This document shows, in pieces, positions 33,023 to 42,810 of a stretch of 64,000 nucleotides of DNA. How positions within the stretch are numbered: position 1 is the stretch's first letter; the number at the start of each line of letters is the position of its first letter. Made by a program: the position numbers and the translations under genes. The notes beneath the pieces are model-generated. The model worked only from the letters and a program-made list of their open reading frames with translations, was not told the origin of the DNA and did not search any database. This DNA comes from an uncultured Gammaproteobacteria bacterium (GTDB lineage: Bacteria > Pseudomonadota > Gammaproteobacteria > Arenicellales > CAJQKF01): NCBI GenBank assembly GCA_965652415.1, contig CBFGVH010000002.1:17325-81324 (forward strand), given 5' to 3'.

Positions 33023-34986
33023 TTCCCGAGATCGGCAACCTGGCCCTGGTGCTGGCCCTCGTGGTCGCGACGGTGCAGACCGTGCTTCCGCTGACCGGCG
33101 CCGCCACGGGCAACGCGCGCCTGGTGGCCACGGCAGTGCCGGCCGCGCGCACCCAGTTCCTGTTGGTTGCAGTGTCGTATGCCTGCCTGACGTACGCGTT
33201 CATCGTGTCCGATTTTTCGGTCGCCTACGTCGCGAGCAATTCCAACAGCCTGCTGCCGCTCATCTACCGGATCTCCGGCGTGTGGGGTGCGCACGAAGGC
33301 TCGCTGCTGCTGTGGGTGCTGATACTCGCCGGCTGGACGTTCGCGGTGAGCGTGTTCTCGCAAAATGTGCCGACGGTGATGACCGCCCGGGTGCTCGGGG
33401 TGATGGGATTGATCAGCATCGGCTTCCTGTCTTTCATCCTGTTCACCTCCAACCCGTTCGACCGGCTGGTTCCCGCGGCCGCCGAGGGACGCGATCTCAA
33501 CCCGCTCCTGCAGGACATCGGGCTGGCCATCCACCCGCCGATGCTCTACATGGGCTACGTCGGCTTTTCCGTGGCCTTCGCCTTCGCCATCGCCGCCCTG
33601 CTCGGCGGCCGGCTCGATGCAGCGTGGACCCGCTGGATGAGACCGTGGACCAACGTCGCCTGGCTGTTTCTCACCGTCGGCATCGCGCTCGGAAGCTGGT
33701 GGGCCTACTACGAGCTGGGCTGGGGCGGATGGTGGTTCTGGGACCCGGTCGAGAACGCGTCGTTCATGCCGTGGCTGGTGGGCACGGCGCTCATCCACTC
33801 GCTGGCGGCCACCGAGAAGCGCAACGTGTTCAAGGCCTGGACGGTGCTGCTTGCGGTCTTTGCCTTCAGCCTGTCGCTGCTCGGCACCTTCCTGGTGCGT
33901 TCCGGCGTGCTGACCTCGGTGCACGCCTTCGCCTCCGATCCCGCCCGCGGGCTGTACATCCTCGTGTTCCTGGTGATCGTGGTGGGCGGCTCGCTGGTTC
34001 TCTACGCATGGCGCGCACCGACCCTGAAGAGTACCGGGCAGTACGCGCCGGTGTCCCGCGAAAGCGCGATCCTGATCAACAACATCCTGCTCGTCATCGC
34101 CACCGTGTCGGTACTGCTCGGCACGCTGTTTCCGCTGTTCATGGACGCGCTCGGACTCGGCAAGTACTCGGTCGGACCGCCGTATTTCAACAAGGTCTTC
34201 ATCCCGATCATGGCGCCGCTGGCGGCATTGGCGGTCGTCGGGGCGTTGCTGCGGTTCAAGCGCGACCGCATCCGCCGTCTCGGCACGGCGCCTCTCATCG
34301 TCCTGGCAATCAGCATCGTGGCCGGCTTCGCCTTTCCCCTGACCGCCCCCGGTCCGTGGTCGGCCGGCGCCGCCATCGGCATGATGCTCGCCTTCTGGGT
34401 CGTCCTCGCCAGCCTCCTGCCCCTTGTCGAGCGCATGGGCCGCCGATGGCGACCCGCGATGCTGGCGAACGCGCCCGTCGGGTTCTACGGCATGGTCGTC
34501 GCCCATGCCGGAGTCGGGCTGTTCATCGCCGGCGTGACCATGGTCAGCGCCTACGAGGTGGAGAAGGATATCTCCATGGCGCCCGGCGAGAGCTTTTCAG
34601 TGGCCGGCAACGTTTTCACCTTCCAGGGCGTCGAGAGTCGGCCCGGGCCGAACTACACGGCCCAGCGGGGGCGCGTCGAGGTCGCCACCGATGCCGGCCG
34701 CACGCTGATACTCAAGCCGGAGAAGCGGGCCTACGGCCCGGGCTCCCAGCCCATGACCGAGGCGGCGATCGATCCCGGCCTGACGCGCGACCTGTACGTG
34801 TCCCTCGGTGAACCGCTCGGCGACGACACCTGGGCCGTGCGGATCTACTACAAGCCCTACATCCGGCTGATCTGGCTCGGCTGCCTGTTCATGGCATTCG
34901 GCGGGCTGCTCGGCGCCGCCGACAAGCGCTACCGCAGCGAACGCCTCGCGCTCACCGAGAACCTCGGCGTGGAGGCTCGGCGATGA
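33019..34986 (+). CDS. ccmF: cytochrome c-type biogenesis protein CcmF
   Basis: 655 aa, polytopic. [29 protein letters not shown] motif. Confidence 0.95.
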   Translation: MIPEIGNLALVLALVVATVQTVLPLTGAATGNARLVATAVPAARTQFLLVAVSYACLTYAFIVSDFSVAYVASNSNSLLPLIYRISGVWGAHEGSLLLWVLILAGWTFAVSVFSQNVPTVMTARVLGVMGLISIGFLSFILFTSNPFDRLVPAAAEGRDLNPLLQDIGLAIHPPMLYMGYVGFSVAFAFAIAALLGGRLDAAWTRWMRPWTNVAWLFLTVGIALGSWWAYYELGWGGWWFWDPVENASFMPWLVGTALIHSLAATEKRNVFKAWTVLLAVFAFSLSLLGTFLVRSGVLTSVHAFASDPARGLYILVFLVIVVGGSLVLYAWRAPTLKSTGQYAPVSRESAILINNILLVIATVSVLLGTLFPLFMDALGLGKYSVGPPYFNKVFIPIMAPLAALAVVGALLRFKRDRIRRLGTAPLIVLAISIVAGFAFPLTAPGPWSAGAAIGMMLAFWVVLASLLPLVERMGRRWRPAMLANAPVGFYGMVVAHAGVGLFIAGVTMVSAYEVEKDISMAPGESFSVAGNVFTFQGVESRPGPNYTAQRGRVEVATDAGRTLILKPEKRAYGPGSQPMTEAAIDPGLTRDLYVSLGEPLGDDTWAVRIYYKPYIRLIWLGCLFMAFGGLLGAADKRYRSERLALTENLGVEARR

Positions 34987-35513
34987 TTCGCTACCTCGTG
35001 CCGCTCGGGGTGTTCGTCCTGATCGCCGTGTTCCTCGCGGTCGGACTGAACCTCAATCCGCGCGAGGTGCCTTCCCCGTTCATCGGCAAGGCGGCGCCGG
35101 CCATCGACCTGCCGCGGCTCGACCCGGCCGGTTCGCGGATCACCAGCGCCGATCTCGACGGCAAGGTCTGGGTGCTCAACGTGTGGGCCTCGTGGTGCGT
35201 GGCCTGTCGCGCCGAGCATCCGCTGTTCAACCGGTTCGCGGCGGCTTCCGACACCACCCTCGTGGGTCTGAACTACAAGGACAAGGAGATCGAGGCGCGC
35301 CGCTGGCTGGCGGACCTCGGCAATCCCTACACGGTCATCGCGGTCGACATCGAGGGCGATACCGGCATCGAGTGGGGCGTGTACGGGGTTCCTGAAACGT
35401 TCGTCATCGACAAGGCCGGTGTCGTGCGCTACAAGCACATCGGACCAATCGACGAGGCCGCGTTGCAGGACGAGATCGTGCCTCTCATCGCCCGCCTCGA
35501 ACAGGAGTCCTGA
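34983..35513 (+). CDS. ccmG: thiol:disulfide interchange protein DsbE/CcmG
   Basis: Thioredoxin motif WASWCVACRAEHP, and GVYGVPETFVID. Confidence 0.9.
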   Translation: MIRYLVPLGVFVLIAVFLAVGLNLNPREVPSPFIGKAAPAIDLPRLDPAGSRITSADLDGKVWVLNVWASWCVACRAEHPLFNRFAAASDTTLVGLNYKDKEIEARRWLADLGNPYTVIAVDIEGDTGIEWGVYGVPETFVIDKAGVVRYKHIGPIDEAALQDEIVPLIARLEQES

Positions 35514-35965
35514 TGCGGCGCTGGCTTGTCCTGCTTCTGCTCCTGCCCGCGCTGGCGTTCGGCGCCATCGAGAGCCGCGAGTTCAACGACCCGGCCCGCG
35601 AGGCGCGCTATTTCGATCTCATCAACAAGCTGCGCTGCCTGGTGTGCCAGAACCAGAACCTCGCCGACAGCAACGCCGACCTGGCTCGCGACCTTCGCGA
35701 CAAGACCTACGAGATGATCCTCGCCGGCAACTCCGACGAGGAGATCACCGACTTCATGGTCGAGCGCTACGGTGAGTTCGTCCTCTACGAGCCGCCGCTC
35801 AACGTGCATACGCTCCTGCTCTGGCTCGCCCCCGCCCTGCTGGCCCTGATCGGCGCGGTGGTCTTTTTCACACTGGTCCGTCCTCGCCGCCGCGTCGACC
35901 CCGGCGTTTCCGACGCCGATCTCGCCCGTGCGCGGGAACTTCTCGGACCCCGAGACGAATCCTGA
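35513..35965 (+). CDS. ccmH: cytochrome c-type biogenesis protein CcmH
   Basis: LRCLVCQNQNLADSNADLARDLR (CxxC motif). Signal peptide plus a C-terminal TM helix. Confidence 0.88.
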   Translation: MRRWLVLLLLLPALAFGAIESREFNDPAREARYFDLINKLRCLVCQNQNLADSNADLARDLRDKTYEMILAGNSDEEITDFMVERYGEFVLYEPPLNVHTLLLWLAPALLALIGAVVFFTLVRPRRRVDPGVSDADLARARELLGPRDES

Positions 35966-35966
35966 A

Positions 35967-37265
35967 ATGATCGTGTTCTGGCTCGTGGCCGCCGCCCTGT
36001 CGGCACTGGTGCTGCTGTTCATCGTTCCACCGCTCATCGCCACGCCCGCCTCGCGCGCGGTCGACCAGCAGACGCAGAACGTGGCCATTGCCCGTCAACG
36101 CCTCGCCGAGCTTGACAAGGCTCGCGAGGACGGCGCCCTCGACGAGGAGGACTACCAGGAAGGGCGGCGCGAACTCGAACAGGCGCTGGCCCTCGATATC
36201 GCCCAGCTCGACAGTGCGCGCAACGCCGGCGCCGCGGTGCGCGAACGTTCATCGGCCGCGGCGCTAGTGCTGCCCGTGGTGCTGGCGTTCGCGATTCCCG
36301 CGACCGCCGGGACGATCTACCTTCTCGTGGGCCAGCCCGCTGCCGTCGGCGGCGTTCCCGTTCAGGGCGGCCAGGCGGGCGCGGGGGCACCCGGGCAGCC
36401 GTCCATCGAGGAGATGATCGACCAGCTCAAGGAACGCCTGGTCCAGAACCCCGACGATGCGCGCGGCTGGAGCATTCTCGCCCGCACCAGCATGCGACTC
36501 GAGCGCTACGACGATGCGGTGCTCGCCTACGACAGGCTCAACGCACTCACGCCCGGCGACGCCGATGTCCTGGTACAGTACGCCGACGCCCTCGCCATGC
36601 AGTCCGGAGGCCGGCTGGAAGGACGCGCGACCGAACTCCTGCGCGAGGCATTGGACCTTCAACCCGATCATCCGCAGGCCCTGTGGCTGGCGGGCATGGC
36701 GGCCGAGGCGCGGGGCGAGTACGCGGCGGCCCTGGCACACTGGACGCGGCTGCTGCCGCAGCTCGCCGAGGAGCCGGAGACGCGCTCACGGCTGGAAAGC
36801 ATGATCGACGACCTCGAACGCCGCGCAGAGGCGCAGGGCATCGCACTCGAGGCGCCGCCGGTCGCTCCGGCGCTCACGGCGTCGGCAACCGACGCGCGCC
36901 AGGATGAGCCCCCGAGCGATGCCAACCTGACCGTCAAGGTCTCGCTCGCGCCGGAACTTGCCGCAAGCACCGCGCCCGACGACACCGTGTTCGTCTTCGC
37001 GCGCGCCGAGGAAGGTCCGCCGATGCCGGTGGCCGCGGCAAGACGCCGCGTCGGAGACCTTCCGTTCGAGGTCGTCCTCGACGACTCGCGGGCGATGGTC
37101 CCGGATATCAAGCTGTCGTCTTTCGACCGCGTCGACGTGATCGCGCGGGTTTCCCGCAGCGGTCAGCCGGTTGCGGCAAGCGGGGACCTCGAGGGTTTGG
37201 TGGAAAGCGTGTCCACGGGCGCCGGCGCCGAGCTCGAGCTCGTCATCAACCGTCGCGTTCCGTGA
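35967..37265 (+). CDS. ccmI: c-type cytochrome biogenesis protein CcmI (TPR)
   Basis: ATG 35967 lies just after the ccmH stop. MIVFWLVAAALSALVLLFIVPPL anchor, a second TM helix, and TPR repeats (RGWSILARTSMRLERYDDAVLAYDRL). Confidence 0.8.
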   Translation: MIVFWLVAAALSALVLLFIVPPLIATPASRAVDQQTQNVAIARQRLAELDKAREDGALDEEDYQEGRRELEQALALDIAQLDSARNAGAAVRERSSAAALVLPVVLAFAIPATAGTIYLLVGQPAAVGGVPVQGGQAGAGAPGQPSIEEMIDQLKERLVQNPDDARGWSILARTSMRLERYDDAVLAYDRLNALTPGDADVLVQYADALAMQSGGRLEGRATELLREALDLQPDHPQALWLAGMAAEARGEYAAALAHWTRLLPQLAEEPETRSRLESMIDDLERRAEAQGIALEAPPVAPALTASATDARQDEPPSDANLTVKVSLAPELAASTAPDDTVFVFARAEEGPPMPVAAARRRVGDLPFEVVLDDSRAMVPDIKLSSFDRVDVIARVSRSGQPVAASGDLEGLVESVSTGAGAELELVINRRVP

Positions 37266-37270
37266 AGCCC

Positions 37271-37297
37271 GTTCACCCGCCCCATGGCGGTGTGAAC
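37271..37297. terminator. hairpin between the convergent ccmI and Crp/Fnr-family genes
   Basis: GTTCACCCGCC-CCAT-GGCGGTGTGAAC (11-bp stem with one bulge). No flanking T or A run, so function is inferred only. Confidence 0.3.
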
Positions 37298-37312
37298 AGA
37301 CCCTGACGCGGA

Positions 37313-38014
37313 TCAGCAGGCGCTGATCATCGCCTTCAGCGAGTTGCCGTCGTCGACGGTCAGCGAGCCGTTCTGGCCGACGTGCACCCAGCCCTTGCTG
37401 CGGAAGTACGAAAGCTCCCGCGACAGCGTCTCCGGGGTGATGCCGAGCAGGCTGGCGATGTCGCGTCGCGTCGGATACGCGGCCCGGAAACCCGTCTCGT
37501 CGCGTCGGCTTGCGTCCGACACCAGGTAGGCGGCGACCTTCTCGCGGGCACCGCAGTGGTTGAAACGCGCACACCAGATGGCATAGTTGCGAAATCTCGC
37601 GCCCCAGGCGGACAAGGTCCGCACCGCGAATTGTGCGTTGTTGCCGAGAACCCGCAGGAATTGCGCGCCGGCGATCTCGACGACGTCGCAGGAAGACAGG
37701 GATATCGCCGACTCGGTTCGCGGTGCTCCGGTGACGACGTCGTAGATCCCGAACGGTTCAAGCACATCCACCAGGTGCAGCACCGACGGCCGCGGCCCCT
37801 TGTTGGCGGCACAGATCTTGACCCCGCCATCCAGCAGCACGTATATCGAGCGAGCTTCGTCTCCCTCACGGAACAGCGGCCTTGAACGCGAGAACCTGCG
37901 CCGGCACGAAGCCTTGAGAAGCGCGTCGAGTTCCTGGTCGCCGAGGACGGCGAACGCGGCGTTATCTTTCAACCGACCCCGCGTTTCGTCGGTTTCCGGC
38001 GACTTTGCCAACAT
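37313..38014 (-). CDS. Crp/Fnr-family transcriptional regulator without an FNR-type Cys cluster
   Basis: cNMP-binding-fold region (RPLFREGDEARSIYVLLDGGVKI). HTH RRDIASLLGITPETLSRELSYFRSKG carries the FNR-class E--SR recognition motif. Start chosen at ATG 38012-38014; the track start 38092 is GTG and would bury the FNR box in coding sequence. Confidence 0.75.
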   Translation of the reverse strand: MLAKSPETDETRGRLKDNAAFAVLGDQELDALLKASCRRRFSRSRPLFREGDEARSIYVLLDGGVKICAANKGPRPSVLHLVDVLEPFGIYDVVTGAPRTESAISLSSCDVVEIAGAQFLRVLGNNAQFAVRTLSAWGARFRNYAIWCARFNHCGAREKVAAYLVSDASRRDETGFRAAYPTRRDIASLLGITPETLSRELSYFRSKGWVHVGQNGSLTVDDGNSLKAMISAC

Positions 38015-38071
38015 TGACCCGGCCTGTTGCAGTAGATGCCGGGATACTAAGCCGTGCCGGCGCGGATGTAC

Positions 38072-38085
38072 TTGACGCACATCAA
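38072..38085. promoter_or_regulatory. FNR/Anr-type box TTGAC-GCAC-ATCAA
   Basis: 9 of 10 matches to TTGAT-N4-ATCAA, read directly. Centred 64 bp upstream of the chosen ATG of the Crp/Fnr-family gene. Confidence 0.45.
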
Positions 38086-38130
38086 CCAGCACGCATCCGG
38101 CCGCGCCGTGACGGCGGGCCCGCCCGTGAC

Positions 38131-39342
38131 TCAGGTCGCCCGGTAGACGGTGGCCACGGCGCGCTCGAGCCGCTCGAGACCCTGCTCGATGTCGTCCATG
38201 GGAATGATCAGCGACGGCGCAAGGCGCACGACGTCGGGACCGGCGACCAGCACGAACAGCTCCTCCGCCAGCGCCGCATTGAGCACCTCCCGCGCCCGTC
38301 CCTTCCAGGCGTCGTCGAGCACCCAGCCCACGAGCAGGCCGCGGCCGCGCACCTCGGTGAACATCGGGTACTTCGCGTTGATCGCGTCAAGACCCGCCTC
38401 GATGGCGGCGCGACGCGGGGCCACGCCGGCGAGCACCTCGGGCGTGTTGATGATGTCGAGCACGGCCGACGCCACGGCGCACGCCAGCGGGTTGCCGCCG
38501 TAGGTGCTGCCGTGGGTGCCGACCGTCAGGCTGGCGGCGATATCGGCCCGGGTGAGCATGGCGCCGATCGGAAAGCCGCAGCCGAGCGCCTTGGCGGTCG
38601 TGAGAATGTCCGGCACCACGCCGAAGCCTTCGTAGGCGTACAGGGTTCCCGTTCGCCCCATGCCGCACTGCACCTCGTCGAACACCAACAGCGCGTCGTT
38701 GGCGTCGCACAGCTCGCGCGCAACGCGCAGAAACTCCTCCGTGCAGCTGCGCACACCGCCCTCGCCCTGCACCGGCTCGACGACCACCGCGCAGGTCTTC
38801 GGCGAGATCGCGGCACGAAGCGCCTCGACGTCATTCAGCGGCAGGTGGGTGATGCCGGCCGGCAGCGGTCCGAACCCCTCAGTGTACTTGGGTTGGCCGC
38901 CGACGGTGACGGTGAACAGGGTGCGCCCGTGAAAGGACTCGTGGAACGAGATGATCTCGTGCTTGTCCGCCCCGAAGCGGTCATAGGCGTGGCGGCGCGC
39001 CAGCTTGAATGCCGCCTCGTTGGCCTCGCCGCCGGAATTGGCGAAGAACACCCGCTCCGCGAATGTAGCCTCGCACAGCCGGCGCGCCAGCTCGAGCGCG
39101 GGTTCGTTGGTGAACACGTTACTCAGGTGCCAGAGAGACTTCGCCTGGCGCTCGAGGGCTCCGACCACCTGCGGATGGGCGTGTCCCAGTGCCGTCACCG
39201 CGATGCCGCCGGCGAAGTCGACGTAGCAGCGCCCGTCCTGGTCCCACACGCGCGAGCCTTCGCCGCGCACCGGGATGACCTTGGCCGGCGCGTAGTTGGG
39301 CGTCATGAACTGGTCGAACATCTCGCGGCTGACCGTGGACAT
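38131..39342 (-). CDS. argD: acetylornithine/succinylornithine aminotransferase (class III PLP)
   Basis: [80 protein letters not shown] (PLP Lys). ATG at 39340-39342 with a GAGGAG SD. Confidence 0.88.
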   Translation of the reverse strand: MSTVSREMFDQFMTPNYAPAKVIPVRGEGSRVWDQDGRCYVDFAGGIAVTALGHAHPQVVGALERQAKSLWHLSNVFTNEPALELARRLCEATFAERVFFANSGGEANEAAFKLARRHAYDRFGADKHEIISFHESFHGRTLFTVTVGGQPKYTEGFGPLPAGITHLPLNDVEALRAAISPKTCAVVVEPVQGEGGVRSCTEEFLRVARELCDANDALLVFDEVQCGMGRTGTLYAYEGFGVVPDILTTAKALGCGFPIGAMLTRADIAASLTVGTHGSTYGGNPLACAVASAVLDIINTPEVLAGVAPRRAAIEAGLDAINAKYPMFTEVRGRGLLVGWVLDDAWKGRAREVLNAALAEELFVLVAGPDVVRLAPSLIIPMDDIEQGLERLERAVATVYRAT

Positions 39343-39557
39343 CGGTTCGGTGCTCCTCGTCGAATGGAAATGGTGAAATTCGAGTATAACCGCCGCCCCG
39401 CGGCCAGTCATTGGCGAGGGCATTGGAATGCCGGGTCGAGCGGCCCCGCTTGGACTCGTCAACGGTATCGCCTATTCTTTGCCAACTGGTCGGTCCGCTC
39501 GCCCCGCAAGCGGCCGGCCGCCCGGTTTCGTCAGTGCAAGCAGACAGGAGAATGCCC

Positions 39558-40061
39558 ATGAACATCCGGATTGCAGCCGCCGCCGTCGCCGCGATGCTGG
39601 CGGCGGGCGCACCCGCGCGCGCCGAGGATCCCGTGGCGCTGCCGATCATGCGCCTGCACATGAACATGGCCCTGACCGCGGCCGAGACGGCCCTGCAGGA
39701 GTGCCGGGCCCAGGGTCTCAACGTCGCGGTCACCGTCGTCGACCGCGGAGGACATCCCCAGGTCACCCTGCGCGATACGCTGGCGATGCCGATCACCGTT
39801 CCCGTCAGCCAGCAGAAGGCCTTCGCCGCCCTCAACTTCAATTCGCCCACGTCACAGCTCGAAGGTCGCTTCACCTCGCCGTTCTCGCCCGGCAAGCTCG
39901 AGGGACTCATCCTGTCCGCGGGCGGACTGCCGATTGCGGCGGCCAGCACCATCCTCGGCGGCATCGGCGTCAGCGGCGCGCCGTCCGGCGAGGTCGACGA
40001 GGCCTGCGCGCAGGCGGGTCTCGATGCCATCCAGACCGATCTCGAGATGGGGCTCATGTAA
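39558..40061 (+). CDS. GlcG/HbpS-like heme-binding protein (DUF336), secreted
   Basis: Signal peptide MNIRIAAAAVAAMLAAGAPARA. Motifs VAVTVVDRGGHP and GGLPI...GGIGVSGAPSGEVDEACA. Confidence 0.75.
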   Translation: MNIRIAAAAVAAMLAAGAPARAEDPVALPIMRLHMNMALTAAETALQECRAQGLNVAVTVVDRGGHPQVTLRDTLAMPITVPVSQQKAFAALNFNSPTSQLEGRFTSPFSPGKLEGLILSAGGLPIAAASTILGGIGVSGAPSGEVDEACAQAGLDAIQTDLEMGLM

Positions 40062-40161
40062 CATCTTGCGCCGGTTACCGGCGACGCGTTGACGCGCGTC
40101 GGCCGGGGCCGGCACAATTCGGGCCAACACGGACAGGACGTCCGGGCACCATCCCGATACC

Positions 40162-40779
40162 ATGGAAGGCAGCAATCCGAAACATCTCCACAGTGCCGGC
40201 CGACGACGTCCGTTGACGTTCGCCCTCCGATGTGCCTGCGCACAGGTACCTCCTGGAAAGACGGAGCGCGGTTTCGGTTTGCTCGAATCCATGATCGCCC
40301 TGCTGGTCGTGTCGCTGGGCGCTCTCGCTTGCGCCCACCTGTACTTCTGGGGCCAGCGATTCGGGCAGGACTCCGCCGCCGGTTCGCAGGCTTCGGCCAT
40401 CGCCGCGGAGATCATCGAGCGCATCCGGGTGAGCGGCGTTCCCTCCTCCTCGACTGCCGCCGATTCTTTCGCCGGCGCTCCAGCCTCCGACGCGGCCTGC
40501 GATCCGCACGCGGTGAATCCGCGCAACGATCGCAATTGCTTCTTCGCGAGCATCGCCGAACGGCTGCCCGTCGGCGTCGGCGCCATTGACGCCGACAGCG
40601 CGGGCGGCTACCGCGTCACCATCGCCTGGCAGGACCGGGCCTCGACCGCGGACCCTGGTGACTGCGACGGTCCTTACCGGCTCTGGTACGACGGCACTCG
40701 TCCGGACCTTTTCCCGGCCGGGGATCCTCCCGCCGAGCCGCTGTGCCTGCGCCGCCGACAATGGGTGATTGTCCAGTGA
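40162..40779 (+). CDS. pilV: type IV pilus minor pilin PilV (start codon unresolved)
   Basis: Prepilin motif ERG|FGLLESMIALLVVSLGAL. No ATG/GTG/TTG lies within 20 codons upstream of the G|F site. In-frame candidates are TTG 40213 and ATG 40162. Confidence 0.65.
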   Translation: MEGSNPKHLHSAGRRRPLTFALRCACAQVPPGKTERGFGLLESMIALLVVSLGALACAHLYFWGQRFGQDSAAGSQASAIAAEIIERIRVSGVPSSSTAADSFAGAPASDAACDPHAVNPRNDRNCFFASIAERLPVGVGAIDADSAGGYRVTIAWQDRASTADPGDCDGPYRLWYDGTRPDLFPAGDPPAEPLCLRRRQWVIVQ

Positions 40780-41765
40780 CCACCCGCAGTCGGTGTGCCG
40801 GCTACACGTTGGTGGAACTGGCGGTCGGCGCCGCTATCGGAATACTCGTTACGGCCGCGGCCATCGCGATCCTGCTCGGCGGCGTTTCCGCCTATGAGAC
40901 CCAGGCCAACCATGCCCGGAGCCACGAGAACGCCCGCTTCGTCGTCGAACGGCTCGCCCGCGACCTGCGCATGGCGGGCTACTTCGGCTGCCTTGGATCC
41001 GGCGGCACCGTGGTCAACGGCTTGAACCACGCCGGCGGATCGCTTCACGACACCGGCAACCCGCTCGAAGGATTCGACGGCGACGATCAATCCCGTACAT
41101 GGCATCCGTCCGGTGCTCTGCTCGACGTCAATCACGCGTTGCCGGGGACGGACGCGGTCACGCTGCGTTTCGTCGATCCCGACCGTTCCGTGCCCATACT
41201 TCCCGGCGGTGCCGGAATCAGTATCGACCCCGGGTCTGCAGACTTCGAGGCGGGAGAGATCGTCGTCGCAGCCGACTGCGACCATGCCGAGGTGTTCCAG
41301 GCGACGTCGATCTCCGCGGACGGCGGAATCTCCCGCGACCCGGGCACCGGTCATCTCCCGGGAAACAGATCGGCCGCCTCGGCCAGCGCATCGGGCACCG
41401 GCCACGGGCCCGGCGCCGAGCTCGCTCCGCTGGTCGCGGTGCGCTACTTCGTCGGCGAACGCCGAGACGGTGATCGCGCGTCGAGAGCGCTTTATCGCCG
41501 CTACCTGTCGCGCTCCGGACGCGCCACGACCGAGGCCGTGGCCGACGGCGTCGACGATCTTCAGCTTCTCTATGGCGAGGACGCCGACGGCGACGGCAGG
41601 GCCGACCGCTACGTGGCAGCCGACGACGTCGGGGCATGGACCAGGGTCCGCGCCGTCGCGGCGGAAGTCGTCGTTCGATCCGCAGGCACGGGCGATGCCA
41701 GCGACGAATCGCCGCGCGGTCGCCACCGCTATTCCGCCACCGTGCTGCTGAGAAATCCACGATGA
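40776..41765 (+). CDS. pilW: type IV pilus minor pilin PilW
   Basis: GTG 40776 overlaps the pilV stop (GTGA). Motif AG|YTLVELAVGAAIGILV, then NARFVVERLARDLRMAGY typical of PilW. Confidence 0.75.
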   Translation: MTTRSRCAGYTLVELAVGAAIGILVTAAAIAILLGGVSAYETQANHARSHENARFVVERLARDLRMAGYFGCLGSGGTVVNGLNHAGGSLHDTGNPLEGFDGDDQSRTWHPSGALLDVNHALPGTDAVTLRFVDPDRSVPILPGGAGISIDPGSADFEAGEIVVAADCDHAEVFQATSISADGGISRDPGTGHLPGNRSAASASASGTGHGPGAELAPLVAVRYFVGERRDGDRASRALYRRYLSRSGRATTEAVADGVDDLQLLYGEDADGDGRADRYVAADDVGAWTRVRAVAAEVVVRSAGTGDASDESPRGRHRYSATVLLRNPR

Positions 41766-42277
41766 ATCGTCAGCTGGAGCGACTTCACACCGCACGGTTC
41801 CATCGCACATCCGGGTTCGCCCTTCTCTCGTGCATGATCTTTCTCGCCCTGGCGATGCTGGTGGGCGTGCGCGCCATGCAGTCCGCATCGCTCGATGAAC
41901 GCATGGCCGGCAACGCCCTTCACCGCGGCCAGGCCTTCGAAGCGGCCGAGTCCGCGCTGGTGCTCGCGGCACGGGAGTCGTTGACGGTGACCGGGCCGGA
42001 CGCCCCCGCGAATGTCACGGGGTACACGGTCGCGGACGCTCGGATCTGTCGCGATGACGAGGGGCGGTCCTGCCGGGCCGACACGCAAGCGGCGACGACA
42101 CGGGTCACGACGACGTCGCGCTACCGTGCCGCGAGTGCGAATCCGCCGCCCGGGTACAGCCTGGACGGTCCGTTCATCAGCCGCCACTTCACCATCACCG
42201 CCGATGCCCGTCACGGCCCCTCCCGCGTGCGGCTCGAGCGCGGCTACCGGCGGCTCGGTCCGAGTCCGGGCCCATGA
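41762..42277 (+). CDS. pilX: PilX-like minor pilin
   Basis: ATGA overlap with pilW. SGFALLSCMIFLALAMLVGVRAMQSASLDERMAGNALHRGQAFEAAESAL resembles the PilX N-terminal domain. Confidence 0.65.
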   Translation: MNRQLERLHTARFHRTSGFALLSCMIFLALAMLVGVRAMQSASLDERMAGNALHRGQAFEAAESALVLAARESLTVTGPDAPANVTGYTVADARICRDDEGRSCRADTQAATTRVTTTSRYRAASANPPPGYSLDGPFISRHFTITADARHGPSRVRLERGYRRLGPSPGP

Positions 42278-42696
42278 GCCGCCACCCGAACCGCGGCCGG
42301 GGCTACACGCTCATCGAGTTGATGGTCACCCTGGTCGTGCTGGGCGTTCTCGCTGCGATCGCGGTGCCGGTATACAGCGCCTACGTCGCGAGCGCCCGCC
42401 GCACCGATGCAAGGACCGCCCTCACCGAGGCGACGGTGCGCCTCGAAAAATACTTCACCGACCACCTCGAGTACCCGGCCGATCCACGCGACGCCGGCAT
42501 CGCCGACCGCAGCGACGAGGGCTGGTACAGGTTGGCGGTGGAGGCGGACGGAGCGGGATATCGCGTTGTCGCCACGGCCGATCGAGGCGGCAGACAGTGG
42601 ACCGACTCCCGGTGCCGCCGCTTCGTCATCGAGTCCGACGGCGAACGGGGGGCCTTTGACTCCGGCGGCAACGAGACTACCAAAGAGTGCTGGTAG
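42274..42696 (+). CDS. pilE: type IV pilin PilE-like
   Basis: ATGA overlap with pilX. Motif RG|YTLIELMVTLVVLGVLAAIAVPVYSAYVASARRTDARTAL. Confidence 0.8.
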   Translation: MSRHPNRGRGYTLIELMVTLVVLGVLAAIAVPVYSAYVASARRTDARTALTEATVRLEKYFTDHLEYPADPRDAGIADRSDEGWYRLAVEADGAGYRVVATADRGGRQWTDSRCRRFVIESDGERGAFDSGGNETTKECW

Positions 42697-42810
42697 GAGC
42701 CGGAGTATGGTCAACTCGCGTTGACACGGATACGGCCGCCACCTAGATTAGGGTTCGTCACTCAAGCTCCAGACCGTCCGCTCCGCCCGTTCGTTCAACC
42801 GACCGCACCG

